A DNA stretch of 64,000 bases from the NCBI GenBank assembly GCA_014239265.1, contig JAAZZH010000001.1:107419-171418 (forward strand). The letters run 5' to 3'. This DNA is from Actinomycetota bacterium. Its GTDB lineage: Bacteria > Actinomycetota > Acidimicrobiia > Actinomarinales > Actinomarinaceae. A program made the translations under genes and the position numbers. A model generated the notes under the pieces. It worked only from the letters and a program-made list of their open reading frames with translations, made no database searches and had not been told where the DNA came from. Below are positions 1-8,960 of this stretch, in pieces (the first letter of the stretch is position 1; each line of letters begins with the position of its first letter).

Positions 1-767
1 CAGGTATCGCTCCTGTCCATTTAGAAAGAATGAACAACTTGGAAAATATCCTTGATGCTAAGTCTGAAATTGTTGAACTTGCTGGTTCAGTAGTTATTAA
101 TGGTGATGATGAATTACTACTTAACCAGGCTCGTTTATGGACAAATCAAAAAATTGTTTACGATTGTTCAATCACAAGTAAGCAAGCAATTGTATATGTT
201 GATTTTGTTGAGGGGGAGCACCATATATATGTGAAAGGTAAATTTATTACTAAAGTTACTGCTCCTGAATTATTACAACTATCTATTGCTCTTTCTATTG
301 GAGTTATGCTTTCCCTTGATTTAGATGTATCAGATTATTTTACTGATATTAAATCTCTAGATAAAACTACTCACCGACAAACGTTAATCAATAGTGACCT
401 CGGTCATAAGATAATTGACAACTCTTTCAATTCAAACCCAATGGGAATAGAGCACTCTTTAAAGCTCTTAGCAGAAGAAGGAAATGAAAATTCAATTAGG
501 TATTTAGTCACACCTGGGATGATTGAGCTAGGTAGTGACCAGTTCTCACTAAATTATGCGTTTGGAACAGAAGCTAGCAAAGTTATCAACTCAGCACTGG
601 TTATTGGTCATACAAATAAGAACTCTCTTTTATTAGCTTTTCAAGAGAATGAGGTACCTGCTTTTTGGTTTCCGACAAGAGATGAAGCTGTAAAATATTT
701 GAATACTATTATAAAACCTGAAGATGTTGTATTATTTGAAAATGACTTACCTGACCACTATCCCTAA
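1..767 (+). CDS. murF: UDP-N-acetylmuramoyl-tripeptide--D-alanyl-D-alanine ligase MurF, C-terminal part (the frame stays open back to the window start)
   Basis: The frame is open from position 3. The IIDNSFNSNP...SLKLL motif resembles the MurF C-terminal DDSYNANP region. ddl follows immediately. Confidence 0.7.
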   Translation, partial: GIAPVHLERMNNLENILDAKSEIVELAGSVVINGDDELLLNQARLWTNQKIVYDCSITSKQAIVYVDFVEGEHHIYVKGKFITKVTAPELLQLSIALSIGVMLSLDLDVSDYFTDIKSLDKTTHRQTLINSDLGHKIIDNSFNSNPMGIEHSLKLLAEEGNENSIRYLVTPGMIELGSDQFSLNYAFGTEASKVINSALVIGHTNKNSLLLAFQENEVPAFWFPTRDEAVKYLNTIIKPEDVVLFENDLPDHYP

Positions 768-769
768 TA

Positions 770-1849
770 ATGAATTATAAAATAGGAGTTATCATTGGAG
801 GACCATCTCCAGAACATGATATCTCTGTTTTAACTGGCCTTCAAAGTGCTAGAATTCTTTCTGCTAAACATGATGTATCGATAATTTATTGGACTAAAGA
901 TAATAAATGGTTTTTACTTGATCACAATTTAGAATCAAGCGATTTTGTTCAAAATTCAAAATTATTAACTAAAGAATTACATATAAACCTCGGAAAAGAT
1001 AATTGTTTTACTTTTAAAAGAAAAAAACTAGATATAGATGTTTATGTAAACTCTTGTCACGGGGGACCTGGTGAGGATGGTTCTTTACAGGGTCTTTTAG
1101 AGGTTATGGAAGCTAAATTTACAGGTCCAAATTTAAATATTGCACAACTATGTATGGATAAATATGCATTTTATTCACTGATGAAATCTAACAATCTTCC
1201 AGTTTTAGACAAATTTAAGATAAGAAGTGGTAAATCTCCCGATTTTGCAGGGCCATATGTGTTAAAACCACAATTTGGAGGGTCTTCAATAGGTGTAGAA
1301 GTAGTCAAAAACTATGAAACAGCCCTTAAAATACTAGAAACTTCAGATTTGTATACCAAAGGTGCTTTATTAGAAAAATATCTTGAAAATGCAGATGATT
1401 TATTAATTGGAGTCCGGAACTATCCAGAATTTAACTATTCTGAAATAGAAAAACCGATCAGAAACTCCAACCTTTTCTCATATAAAGATAAGTATCTAAA
1501 CAATGGTGGCTTAGAAGGTTCAAAAAGAGAACTACCAGCAAAATTAAATGAGGACCTTAGTAAACAAATAATATTTTTAGTTGAGGAAATTAATAACGTA
1601 ATTCCTTCGCGGGGTATAGTCCGATACGATTTTTTAAAAATTGAAGATAACATTTACATAAATGAAATAAATACTATTCCAGGAAGCCATGCTCTTTATC
1701 TATGGAAAAATTTAAATATTTCAAAGTATGAGTTATTAAGTGACTTATTAGATGAAGCATTAAGAGATACCTCAAATAAATGGAGCACTGAAGGATCAGA
1801 CGGCTTAGCTTTGAAGAGCGCTAAAGACATACAGTCAAAGTTGGGTTAA
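770..1849 (+). CDS. ddl: D-alanine--D-alanine ligase
   Basis: The N-terminus KIGVIIGGPSPEHDISVLTG and the ATP-grasp motifs are present (EINTIPG, GGSSIGVEVV). Length is 359 aa. Confidence 0.85.
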   Translation: MNYKIGVIIGGPSPEHDISVLTGLQSARILSAKHDVSIIYWTKDNKWFLLDHNLESSDFVQNSKLLTKELHINLGKDNCFTFKRKKLDIDVYVNSCHGGPGEDGSLQGLLEVMEAKFTGPNLNIAQLCMDKYAFYSLMKSNNLPVLDKFKIRSGKSPDFAGPYVLKPQFGGSSIGVEVVKNYETALKILETSDLYTKGALLEKYLENADDLLIGVRNYPEFNYSEIEKPIRNSNLFSYKDKYLNNGGLEGSKRELPAKLNEDLSKQIIFLVEEINNVIPSRGIVRYDFLKIEDNIYINEINTIPGSHALYLWKNLNISKYELLSDLLDEALRDTSNKWSTEGSDGLALKSAKDIQSKLG

Positions 1850-1852
1850 TTT

Positions 1853-2491
1853 ATGGTAGGAATTTATTGGGACTGTGATGGAACACTCATGGACACTGAA
1901 CGTGCATACGCATATGCATGGCAAGAAGTATTAAGAAAACGCAATTTAAGTCTACCAATTGAAACATTTGATGACTATGTAGGTATTGATGATAAATTAG
2001 TTCACAAAAAATATGCTGATGAAGTGAACCTTCCATCATTTAGTGAAACCATGGATGAAATCGCAGCTTTAATCATTAATAATTTTTCTGACCACACTAT
2101 TTATCAAGATGCATTAAGTTGTTTAAATTATTTTCATGATCTTGAATGGAGCCAGGCATGTGTTTCCGCATCACCACAAAAAGCTTTAGAGGATAAACTA
2201 AATAAAGCAAAAATTTCTAAATACTTCTCTTTTGTTATTGGTGGTGATGTCGTACGTCCTAGAAATAAACCATTTCCTGATATTTATAATTTAGCTGTTG
2301 AAAAACTAAACACTACTAAAAATATAATTGTTGAAGATAGCCCTCCAGGTATTCAATCTGGTAAAGCGTCGAATAATTTTGTTGTTGCGATTGACAGGGG
2401 TATATTTAGCAAAAGAGAACTCTCAAATGCTGATATCGTAGTTAAGGAACTTTCTCCAAATCTTTTTATTGATATTAGTAAAACCCTTTAA
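1853..2491 (+). CDS. HAD-superfamily hydrolase (phosphatase/beta-phosphoglucomutase-like)
   Basis: HAD motif I is present as DCDGTLMDTE, and motif IV is present as EDSPPGIQSGKAS. Confidence 0.7.
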   Translation: MVGIYWDCDGTLMDTERAYAYAWQEVLRKRNLSLPIETFDDYVGIDDKLVHKKYADEVNLPSFSETMDEIAALIINNFSDHTIYQDALSCLNYFHDLEWSQACVSASPQKALEDKLNKAKISKYFSFVIGGDVVRPRNKPFPDIYNLAVEKLNTTKNIIVEDSPPGIQSGKASNNFVVAIDRGIFSKRELSNADIVVKELSPNLFIDISKTL

Positions 2492-2525
2492 TTATTGCTT
2501 TATATCTAAATAAACTACAAAACCG

Positions 2526-2550
2526 ACTTAGGCGCAATTTGCGACTAAGT
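2526..2550. terminator. Weak hairpin (ACTTAG / 13-nt loop / CTAAGT) between the convergent HAD and Ddn genes
   Basis: A 6-7 bp stem is visible in the sequence and it overlaps the Ddn stop codon. There is no strong T-run. Confidence 0.2.
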
Positions 2551-2967
2551 TATTGTTAGTACCATCACTGGTATTAGTCTTGAAGTCCTTTGTTGGTATC
2601 TTTCATATCCACCATTATTTAGATAATCCATTTTTCCCCACCATTCAGATCTTTCTTCATTAAAAACTTCTCTCGCATTAACTTCAAACTTCTGAGTTCC
2701 GATAGATATTACTGACGATTCATTTTTTTTTAAATTGTAATACCATCCTGGATTTCGTTCACTTCCACCTCTTGATGCAATTAAACATATTTCATTTCCT
2801 TCTTTTAAGTAAACCAGTACATTCTTTCTAATCAATTGTGTTTTGGCTCCAATTGTTTCTAGAATTAAACACGGTCTTCCATTAAGATTCTTTCCTATCC
2901 GCCCCTTTGTGTAGATGTAAATATAATTATGAAAAAATAAAAATGCAAAGATAAGTTTTCTTTTCAT
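2545..2967 (-). CDS. Ddn/nitroreductase-family deazaflavin (F420H2)-dependent oxidoreductase-like protein with an N-terminal hydrophobic helix
   Basis: GRPCLILETIG...LIASRGGSERNPGWYYNL...RLIPVMVL matches the Ddn/DUF385 pattern. The start is probably M10 at 2967 (ATGA overlap with the upstream photolyase stop); the alternative ATG is at 2994. Confidence 0.7.
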   Translation of the reverse strand: MKRKLIFAFLFFHNYIYIYTKGRIGKNLNGRPCLILETIGAKTQLIRKNVLVYLKEGNEICLIASRGGSERNPGWYYNLKKNESSVISIGTQKFEVNAREVFNEERSEWWGKMDYLNNGGYERYQQRTSRLIPVMVLTIT

Positions 2968-4157
2968 ACAGTCAATGTAATTTTCTTTTTCCATGATGTA
3001 TAACTCCGTGGATAAAAACTTATTGGATCAGCAAGTCTTACTGTCGGATACTCAGCTACAGGTTTATTAATCATGGTTATTTCTTTGTATTTAGGTACAC
3101 ATGCAAATGTTACTGCATAGTTGTAATCATTAAGTATCAATTTAGGGTCTCCTATAAATACTAATACTTTTCTTTTAAGAGCCAATTCTTTAAGTGTTTC
3201 TAATAAGAAAATAATTCTTTTTGTAGATATTTGTATTTTATTAAGTAGTACATTATCGAATATAAAAATGACTGGAAGTTCTGGATGAGCTTTTAGTGCA
3301 GGATCGTCATCACCCATAGATTCACCAGTTAACCATACAACTGATGGTTTTTCATGCGAATTTATTGTTTCTGTTGGGCCGAATTTACTTTTAATGTCAT
3401 AATCTATTTCTTGATCTATTGGTTCATATTTCGATTCATCAGGCCATGTCTGTATAGGACATTTATACTGCAGATTGCATTGTTGACATAGTTTAGGTGC
3501 TCTATTCTTAACTTGAGATTGTGCGAAGCCATACAATTTTCCAGTTTGTCCACCCATAACCCATTGCCAACCTAATCTGTTTGCAAATCTTGAACCATCA
3601 ACTAAATGCTTAAACATAAAATCTTCATATTTATTCCAATTTTCTTCAGCCCTAAAACTGTGGTGAGATGAAAACCACATTCTGGTCTGATTAACCATGT
3701 ATCCTGTTTCAACTAATTCATTTTTAATAGTTTGAATACAGTTCATTTCAGATGTGTTTACTGGTTTGTTGGTGTTTTCTACTGAATAGTTCCACATTTT
3801 TTTATTATTTTGGCCCATAATTGCATAAAGATGTCTTGAAAATTCTTGCCAGAGCAACTCATCTCTAAATTTAGTTCGATCTTCAAATTGAAAACTATCC
3901 ACCGCTTTCCAAACTTCACAAAGATTGAGTAAACCATGACGTATATATGGAGAGAGGAAAGAAGAACCCCTTGTAGTTGCAGGGTAAACATTATTTCTTC
4001 TTTTAGAGTATCCCTTGATGTCAATATTTGCTAGTCGTTCGTCTGCCTGTGACTGACCACCTTTAAATACTGATTCTGTATATTCGTCACAAGTAAGGTT
4101 GTTAAAATATTTATCGATGATTAATTTATTGGAGTCGTGAATGTTAATTTCAGACAT
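2964..4157 (-). CDS. Photolyase/cryptochrome-family protein with permuted domain order (FAD-binding domain N-terminal, alpha/beta antenna domain C-terminal)
   Basis: FAD-domain motifs LLWQEF, TGYMVNQTRMWFSSHH and GSRFANRLGWQWVMG occur in the first two thirds. The photolyase N-domain-like motifs VVWLTGESMGDDDPALK, VIFIFDNVLL and RIIFLLETLKELAL...VFIGDP occur in the last ~110 aa. A Cys cluster CQQCNLQYKC lies between them. Confidence 0.7.
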   Translation of the reverse strand: MSEINIHDSNKLIIDKYFNNLTCDEYTESVFKGGQSQADERLANIDIKGYSKRRNNVYPATTRGSSFLSPYIRHGLLNLCEVWKAVDSFQFEDRTKFRDELLWQEFSRHLYAIMGQNNKKMWNYSVENTNKPVNTSEMNCIQTIKNELVETGYMVNQTRMWFSSHHSFRAEENWNKYEDFMFKHLVDGSRFANRLGWQWVMGGQTGKLYGFAQSQVKNRAPKLCQQCNLQYKCPIQTWPDESKYEPIDQEIDYDIKSKFGPTETINSHEKPSVVWLTGESMGDDDPALKAHPELPVIFIFDNVLLNKIQISTKRIIFLLETLKELALKRKVLVFIGDPKLILNDYNYAVTFACVPKYKEITMINKPVAEYPTVRLADPISFYPRSYTSWKKKITLTV

Positions 4158-4166
4158 TAATAAAAG

Positions 4167-4382
4167 TTAATATCCACCTTGTCCAATTTTCACATTGGAA
4201 ATAGTTAAAACTCCCTCAATGTCAGTTACCTCAAAATTAATTCTTTGACCCTGCCTTAGCGTCCTGAAAATTGAACCTTTGAGCGAACCTGGTTGTAGAT
4301 AAACTTCCGATTTGTCTGTATCTAAAACTACGATTCCATTACCTGAATTAGGATCATATGATTTAACAACACCTTGAGCCAT
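4167..4382 (-). CDS. Cold-shock-domain-like small protein (divergent CSD)
   Basis: GVVKSYDPNSGNGIVVLD...VYLQP...LRQGQRINFEV follows the CspA pattern but lacks the FGFI and VFVHF aromatic motifs. Confidence 0.5.
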   Translation of the reverse strand: MAQGVVKSYDPNSGNGIVVLDTDKSEVYLQPGSLKGSIFRTLRQGQRINFEVTDIEGVLTISNVKIGQGGY

Positions 4383-4571
4383 TTAAACTTTTGTTACTTT
4401 TCCAGCTTTCAAGCAAGATGTACAAACCTTAACTTTTTTCGTATTCGTGCTATCAGCCACTTTTACTTTTTGGATATTTGCAGACCATTTTTTGCTAGAC
4501 CTTTTGTGAGAAAAAGATACTTGTTTTCCGAACCAAGGTCCTTTTCCACATATTTCACATTTCTTTGCCAT
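4383..4571 (-). CDS. rpmB: 50S ribosomal protein L28
   Basis: MAKKCEICGKGP...SHKRS...VCTSCLKAGKV is the typical L28 sequence. Confidence 0.9.
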   Translation of the reverse strand: MAKKCEICGKGPWFGKQVSFSHKRSSKKWSANIQKVKVADSTNTKKVKVCTSCLKAGKVTKV

Positions 4572-4659
4572 TATTCCCTCTGAATTTACATTATAACTAT
4601 AACTAATCTATTGATTATTAGGTACTTTGAATTAAAAAGTTTTTAGCTATTGTTTTACT

Positions 4660-6756
4660 GTGGTTAAAAGAGATATTAATTATTTATCTAATATAGATAT
4701 ATCCGAAATCAAAGGTTTCGGAGAGAAACGAATAAAATCCTTAAATAAATCAGGTATAAAAAGCATTGTAGATCTTATCAGATTCTATCCCAGGAAACAC
4801 ATAGATCGTTCTGATATATTAACAATCGAGGATGTCAGAAGCTTATTTGAATTTAAAGAAATAACAGTTTTAGTAAAGATTGTAAAAGTTTCTGTTTTCA
4901 CAACCAGAAGTAGATTACGGATAGCAACTCTTTTAGTTTCAGATGAGACAGGAGATGCTAAAGCTAAATGGTTTGGTCCTCAATACATTGAAACTCGATT
5001 TAAAGAAGGTGATACAGTTGCTATTTCTGGTGTGCCCGATGTCAAGAAAACAGGATCTGTCGAATTTAAAAATGCAACTATAGAGAAATATTTGGAATTT
5101 GATGAATTAAACGAAACAGGTGCTCTAATACCTATTTATAAAAAAATAGAAGGACTTTCAAGTACTCTTATTAGAAAAGGTATAAAGCATGCCTTAAAAC
5201 GTACTCCTGAAATCGAAGATTATATTAATGATGAACAATTAACTGATTATGAACTATTAGATAGAACCACAAGTTTAAATGATATCCATTTTCCAGAGGG
5301 GTTATCAAATTATTACAAAGCTAAAAAAAGACTCGCTTTTGATGAGTTTATTTATTTGCAAACTATTTTTAAAAGAAAGAAAAAATCAAATAAACTCATT
5401 ACTGGAAGCGAAAAAATTCAATCAAATAATGAGTTAATGGAGGCTTTCACAGAAAATCTTGATTTTGAATTAACTAGTGCTCAAAAAAGGACAATTAATG
5501 AAATATTGATAGATATGAATAAAAATTCTCCAATGAAAAGGCTTCTTCAGGGGGATGTTGGTTCAGGAAAAACTATTGTTGCTGCATGTGCTGTTTATTC
5601 AGCTAGTAATGCAGGTTTCAAGTCAGCTTTAATGGCACCTACAGAAGTTCTTGCTGAGCAGCACTATAATTCACTAAATCCAATATTAGATAAACATAAT
5701 ATCAAAACATATCTTTTAACTTCTTCAGTTAAGGATAGGTCAGAGATTATAAATCAAATGTCCTCAGCAGAACCAGTATTTTTTATTGGAACTCATGCCT
5801 TGATTCAAGAAAACGTAGTTTTTAATAATTTAGGACTCGCAATAATTGACGAACAACAGAGATTTGGAGTTGATCAAAGAAAGAAGCTTATTGAATCAAG
5901 CAATATTATTCCTCACCAGATTGTAATGACCGCAACCCCTATTCCTAGAACTACTGCACTTGCAGTATATGGAGATTTAGATATTTCTATCATTGATGAG
6001 CTACCTCCGGGTAGGGAAGAGATTGAAAACATACTTCTATCTGGTCTTGAATCAGATAACAATCAAGTTGTAGATTACTGCAAACAACATTTACTAGACA
6101 ATTCGCAAATCTTTGTGGTGTGTCCCTATATAGATGAGAGTGAAAACAAAGATATAAAAGCAGCTGAAAATGTATATGAGCAATATATCAATCTTTTTCC
6201 TGACAGCAATGTAAAAATTTTGCATGGCCGAATGAAATCTGAAGAAAAAGAGTTAATAATGTCACAAATGAATAATGGACAGATTGACATTCTGGTATCT
6301 ACAGTAGTTATTGAAGTAGGGATAGATATCGCTAATGCAACGCTTATGATTATCGAAAGCGCAGAAAGATTTGGATTAAACCAACTCCATCAGCTGAGGG
6401 GAAGAGTTGGGAGAGGAAGTAAAAAGTCACAATGCATCTTTCATATTAGTAATAAGTTAACAATTGATACAATAACAGATGTAGGCAAACAAAGACTCAG
6501 TGCTATAGTCTCAACGAATGATGGTTTTAAACTTTCTGAAATGGACCTACAGATAAGAGGAGAAGGAAAGGTAACTGGCACAGACCAATCTGGATTATCC
6601 GATTTAAAAATTGCTGATCTGAGATATGATTTTGAAATTTTGAATCTTTCTAAACTATTCTTTAATAAGGAAATAACACCAGAGCTCGAGGAGAGGTTAT
6701 ATCTTGAAGCAACACTCCTTTTCCCTAATTTTATGAAAGTTGAGGATACCACTTGA
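4660..6756 (+). CDS. recG: ATP-dependent DNA helicase RecG
   Basis: Walker A is GDVGSGKT and the DEQQRFG motif (DEAH-type DExH box) is present. There is an N-terminal wedge domain. Length is 698 aa. Confidence 0.9.
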   Translation: MVKRDINYLSNIDISEIKGFGEKRIKSLNKSGIKSIVDLIRFYPRKHIDRSDILTIEDVRSLFEFKEITVLVKIVKVSVFTTRSRLRIATLLVSDETGDAKAKWFGPQYIETRFKEGDTVAISGVPDVKKTGSVEFKNATIEKYLEFDELNETGALIPIYKKIEGLSSTLIRKGIKHALKRTPEIEDYINDEQLTDYELLDRTTSLNDIHFPEGLSNYYKAKKRLAFDEFIYLQTIFKRKKKSNKLITGSEKIQSNNELMEAFTENLDFELTSAQKRTINEILIDMNKNSPMKRLLQGDVGSGKTIVAACAVYSASNAGFKSALMAPTEVLAEQHYNSLNPILDKHNIKTYLLTSSVKDRSEIINQMSSAEPVFFIGTHALIQENVVFNNLGLAIIDEQQRFGVDQRKKLIESSNIIPHQIVMTATPIPRTTALAVYGDLDISIIDELPPGREEIENILLSGLESDNNQVVDYCKQHLLDNSQIFVVCPYIDESENKDIKAAENVYEQYINLFPDSNVKILHGRMKSEEKELIMSQMNNGQIDILVSTVVIEVGIDIANATLMIIESAERFGLNQLHQLRGRVGRGSKKSQCIFHISNKLTIDTITDVGKQRLSAIVSTNDGFKLSEMDLQIRGEGKVTGTDQSGLSDLKIADLRYDFEILNLSKLFFNKEITPELEERLYLEATLLFPNFMKVEDTT

Positions 6757-7289
6757 AAATTATCTCAGGAACTCATAAAGGCCAAAATATTTTAACTATT
6801 AATGATTCTAAAACAAGACCGATGATGGGAGTAGCAAGAGAAGGCATCTTTAGCTCACTTCAATTTCAGATTGAGGACTCCATGATTCTTGATTTGTATG
6901 CTGGGTCTGGAAGTATGGGTATAGAAGCTTTGAGTAGAGGAGCTTTGTATGTGACTTTTGTAGATTCCTCTGATAAATGTGTAAATATAATTGAAAAAAA
7001 TCTTACGAAATTTGGCAACAACTACAACATTCAAAAAATGTCAGCTGATAAGTATATTTCAAATGCATACGATAAATACAGGATAATCTTTTATGATCCG
7101 CCCTTTATTTTTGATGATTCTAAGATCTCAGAAGAGATTTCCAATCTAGAAAATTTAATTGAAGAAGATGGGATTATTGTATGCCATAGACATATAAAGG
7201 CAGTTACGTCAATTACCTCTAAAAAGTTGAAAATATATAAAGAAAAACTCTATGGACAAAGTAGAATTTTACTTATAAAGAAATTATGA
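6753..7289 (+). CDS. rsmD: 16S rRNA (guanine966-N2)-methyltransferase RsmD
   Basis: GTHKG...RPMMGVAREGIFSSL...LDLYAGSGSMGIEALSRGA is present. The gene sits between recG and coaD as in Actinobacteria. Confidence 0.85.
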   Translation: MKIISGTHKGQNILTINDSKTRPMMGVAREGIFSSLQFQIEDSMILDLYAGSGSMGIEALSRGALYVTFVDSSDKCVNIIEKNLTKFGNNYNIQKMSADKYISNAYDKYRIIFYDPPFIFDDSKISEEISNLENLIEEDGIIVCHRHIKAVTSITSKKLKIYKEKLYGQSRILLIKKL

Positions 7290-7750
7290 AAGTACTTATA
7301 CCAGGCTCATTTGATCCGCCAACTAATGGACATATTGATGTTATTAAAAGGTGTTCAAAGGTTTTCGACGAAGTTTTAATTGGTGTTGTTGTTAATCCTT
7401 CAAAAAAATCACTATTCACTACCAAAATAAGAGAATTAATGCTCAATGAAATAATATCCGAAACTCCAAATATCTCAACGAAAACCTTTGAAGGTTTGCT
7501 TGTCGATTTTGCAAAAGTTAATAACGTACAAGCGATAGTCAAAGGACTCAGGGCAATGACAGATTTTGACTATGAATTTCAAATGGCTCAAATGAATTCG
7601 AATTTAGCTGATTTTGAAACAATTTTCATTCCAGCATCACCGGAGTATGGATATGTCTCCAGCTCAATGGTTAAAGAAATAAATTCTTACGGTGGGGATA
7701 TATCCAAACTTGTACCACCCAATGTACTAAAAAGGATGGATGATGCCTGA
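7286..7750 (+). CDS. coaD: Phosphopantetheine adenylyltransferase
   Basis: The N-terminus is MKVLIPGSFDPPTNGHIDVI (HxGH nucleotidyltransferase). Confidence 0.9.
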   Translation: MKVLIPGSFDPPTNGHIDVIKRCSKVFDEVLIGVVVNPSKKSLFTTKIRELMLNEIISETPNISTKTFEGLLVDFAKVNNVQAIVKGLRAMTDFDYEFQMAQMNSNLADFETIFIPASPEYGYVSSSMVKEINSYGGDISKLVPPNVLKRMDDA

Positions 7751-8249
7751 AATAGAAGATAATAATTTTAAGGAAATAATAAATGGAGAAGTCAGGGTTG
7801 AATACGTTGATCAACTTGAATTATTGAGAGAAAAGCTTAGCTCGAGTAACTTTCTTAAAAGCCGAACAAGTAACAAAGAGTTGATTTCAATAGTAGAAAA
7901 TCTAATTGATATCTTACCGGTCGAAATGAGAACTGCAAGATGGCTTGTTAGAGAACAAGACACCTTCCTCAACGAAGCAAAAGAAGAATCTCAAAATATA
8001 ATCAATAATGCAAAAAGAGAATCAGAATCATTAATTTCTAATTCCTACGTTCTTCAAGAGGCAGTTGTTGAAGCAAATACATTAATAAAACAAGCTGAAA
8101 AGGAAGCACAGTCCTACAGAATGAAAGTTGAAGATGAAATGGATTCTTTATTTACTCAACTTCAATCAAAAATTGAGCAAGTTAATTCTTATATTGCAAA
8201 TGAAAAGAATTCATTGAGACAACCACGAGAAATCAATAAACCTGAATAG
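7740..8249 (+). CDS. Hypothetical coiled-coil protein
   Basis: A long ORF sits in the conserved slot after coaD. It is rich in E, K and Q and has no recognisable motif. Confidence 0.4.
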   Translation: MMPEIEDNNFKEIINGEVRVEYVDQLELLREKLSSSNFLKSRTSNKELISIVENLIDILPVEMRTARWLVREQDTFLNEAKEESQNIINNAKRESESLISNSYVLQEAVVEANTLIKQAEKEAQSYRMKVEDEMDSLFTQLQSKIEQVNSYIANEKNSLRQPREINKPE

Positions 8250-8251
8250 AT

Positions 8252-8752
8252 ATGTCACAATTAAATACTATTTTCAATTTAGATAAAGTGCTCAATACAA
8301 ATTCAGATTTAAATATTGATGAAAAGGGATTACTAAATATAAAATATTCTGGTACAGCTTCTTCAAATAATTCCAATGCGCTCATGACCGGATTTATAAC
8401 TCGAGATGGAGATTATGTATTGATAGAATTGAGTATATATTTCACCGTTGATAGTGAATGTTCAAGATGCTTAAAAATATCGACTAAAGACAAAAATACA
8501 GTCATAAAAGAGAAAATCTATTTAAAAAGTGAGAATGATTACGACATTGACTTTAAAGAGGAAAGTATAGATGTTCAACCAATAATTTCCGAGAAAATTA
8601 TTGATAGTATGTCCCTTATTAACCTTTGTAAGATTGACTGCAATGGTTTATGTGTAGTTTGTGGAGTCGAGCAAAATTCTACAGTTTGCAAACATGAAGA
8701 AAAAAACTTAAAAGAAAGTCCATTTTCTTCTCTAAGTGAGCTAGATTTGTAG
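8252..8752 (+). CDS. YceD/DUF177-family protein (large-subunit rRNA accumulation protein)
   Basis: The Cys cluster CSRCLK...CNGLCVVCGVEQNSTVCKH lies immediately upstream of rpmF. Confidence 0.7.
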   Translation: MSQLNTIFNLDKVLNTNSDLNIDEKGLLNIKYSGTASSNNSNALMTGFITRDGDYVLIELSIYFTVDSECSRCLKISTKDKNTVIKEKIYLKSENDYDIDFKEESIDVQPIISEKIIDSMSLINLCKIDCNGLCVVCGVEQNSTVCKHEEKNLKESPFSSLSELDL

Positions 8753-8767
8753 TTTGAAAGGAAATTA

Positions 8768-8950
8768 ATGGCCGTACCTAAGAAAAAGATGTCTAAATCT
8801 AGAACTAGAAGAAGGAAAGCAACTCATAAAGTTAGCAAACCTCATTTTATGATAGATCCTGAAACTGGTGTTGCAAAGCAATCACATAGAGTCAACCCTG
8901 TTGATGGAACCTATAATGGACGTCAAGTTAAAGAACCTGAAAATAGCTAA
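8768..8950 (+). CDS. rpmF: 50S ribosomal protein L32
   Basis: The N-terminus is MAVPKKKMSKSRTRRRKATHK. Confidence 0.9.
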   Translation: MAVPKKKMSKSRTRRRKATHKVSKPHFMIDPETGVAKQSHRVNPVDGTYNGRQVKEPENS

Positions 8951-8960
8951 TATATAAATT

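Noticed and set aside
1435-1653. 72-aa minus-strand ORF inside ddl. Similar antisense or off-frame ORFs occur at 3779..4024, 4374..4583, 6441..6752, 7273..7542, 11290..11484, 12251..12448, 12800..13099, 14403..14636, 15235..15432, 15750..15935, 17283..17642, 21070..21390, 21539..21790, 21791..22024, 22247..22441, 24012..24227, 25211..25393, 28102..28389, 31771..31968, 32124..32309, 32545..32730, 33984..34226, 35185..35418, 35323..35529, 38184..38486, 39176..39454, 39842..40150, 41140..41373, 41336..41524, 42004..42243, 43072..43329, 45764..46117, 46265..46453, 47420..47701, 47858..48052, 47911..48156, 48376..48567, 48610..48819, 48847..49038, 48863..49045, 53697..53945, 55029..55271, 55168..55362, 55980..56294, 56051..56287, 57562..57885, 60064..60315, 60436..60690, 60846..61034, 62338..62529, 62701..62901 and 63466..63708.
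   Set aside because: Each lies wholly inside, or largely overlaps, a longer ORF whose protein has clear family signatures. They have low-complexity or hydrophobic composition typical of antisense frames in AT-rich DNA.
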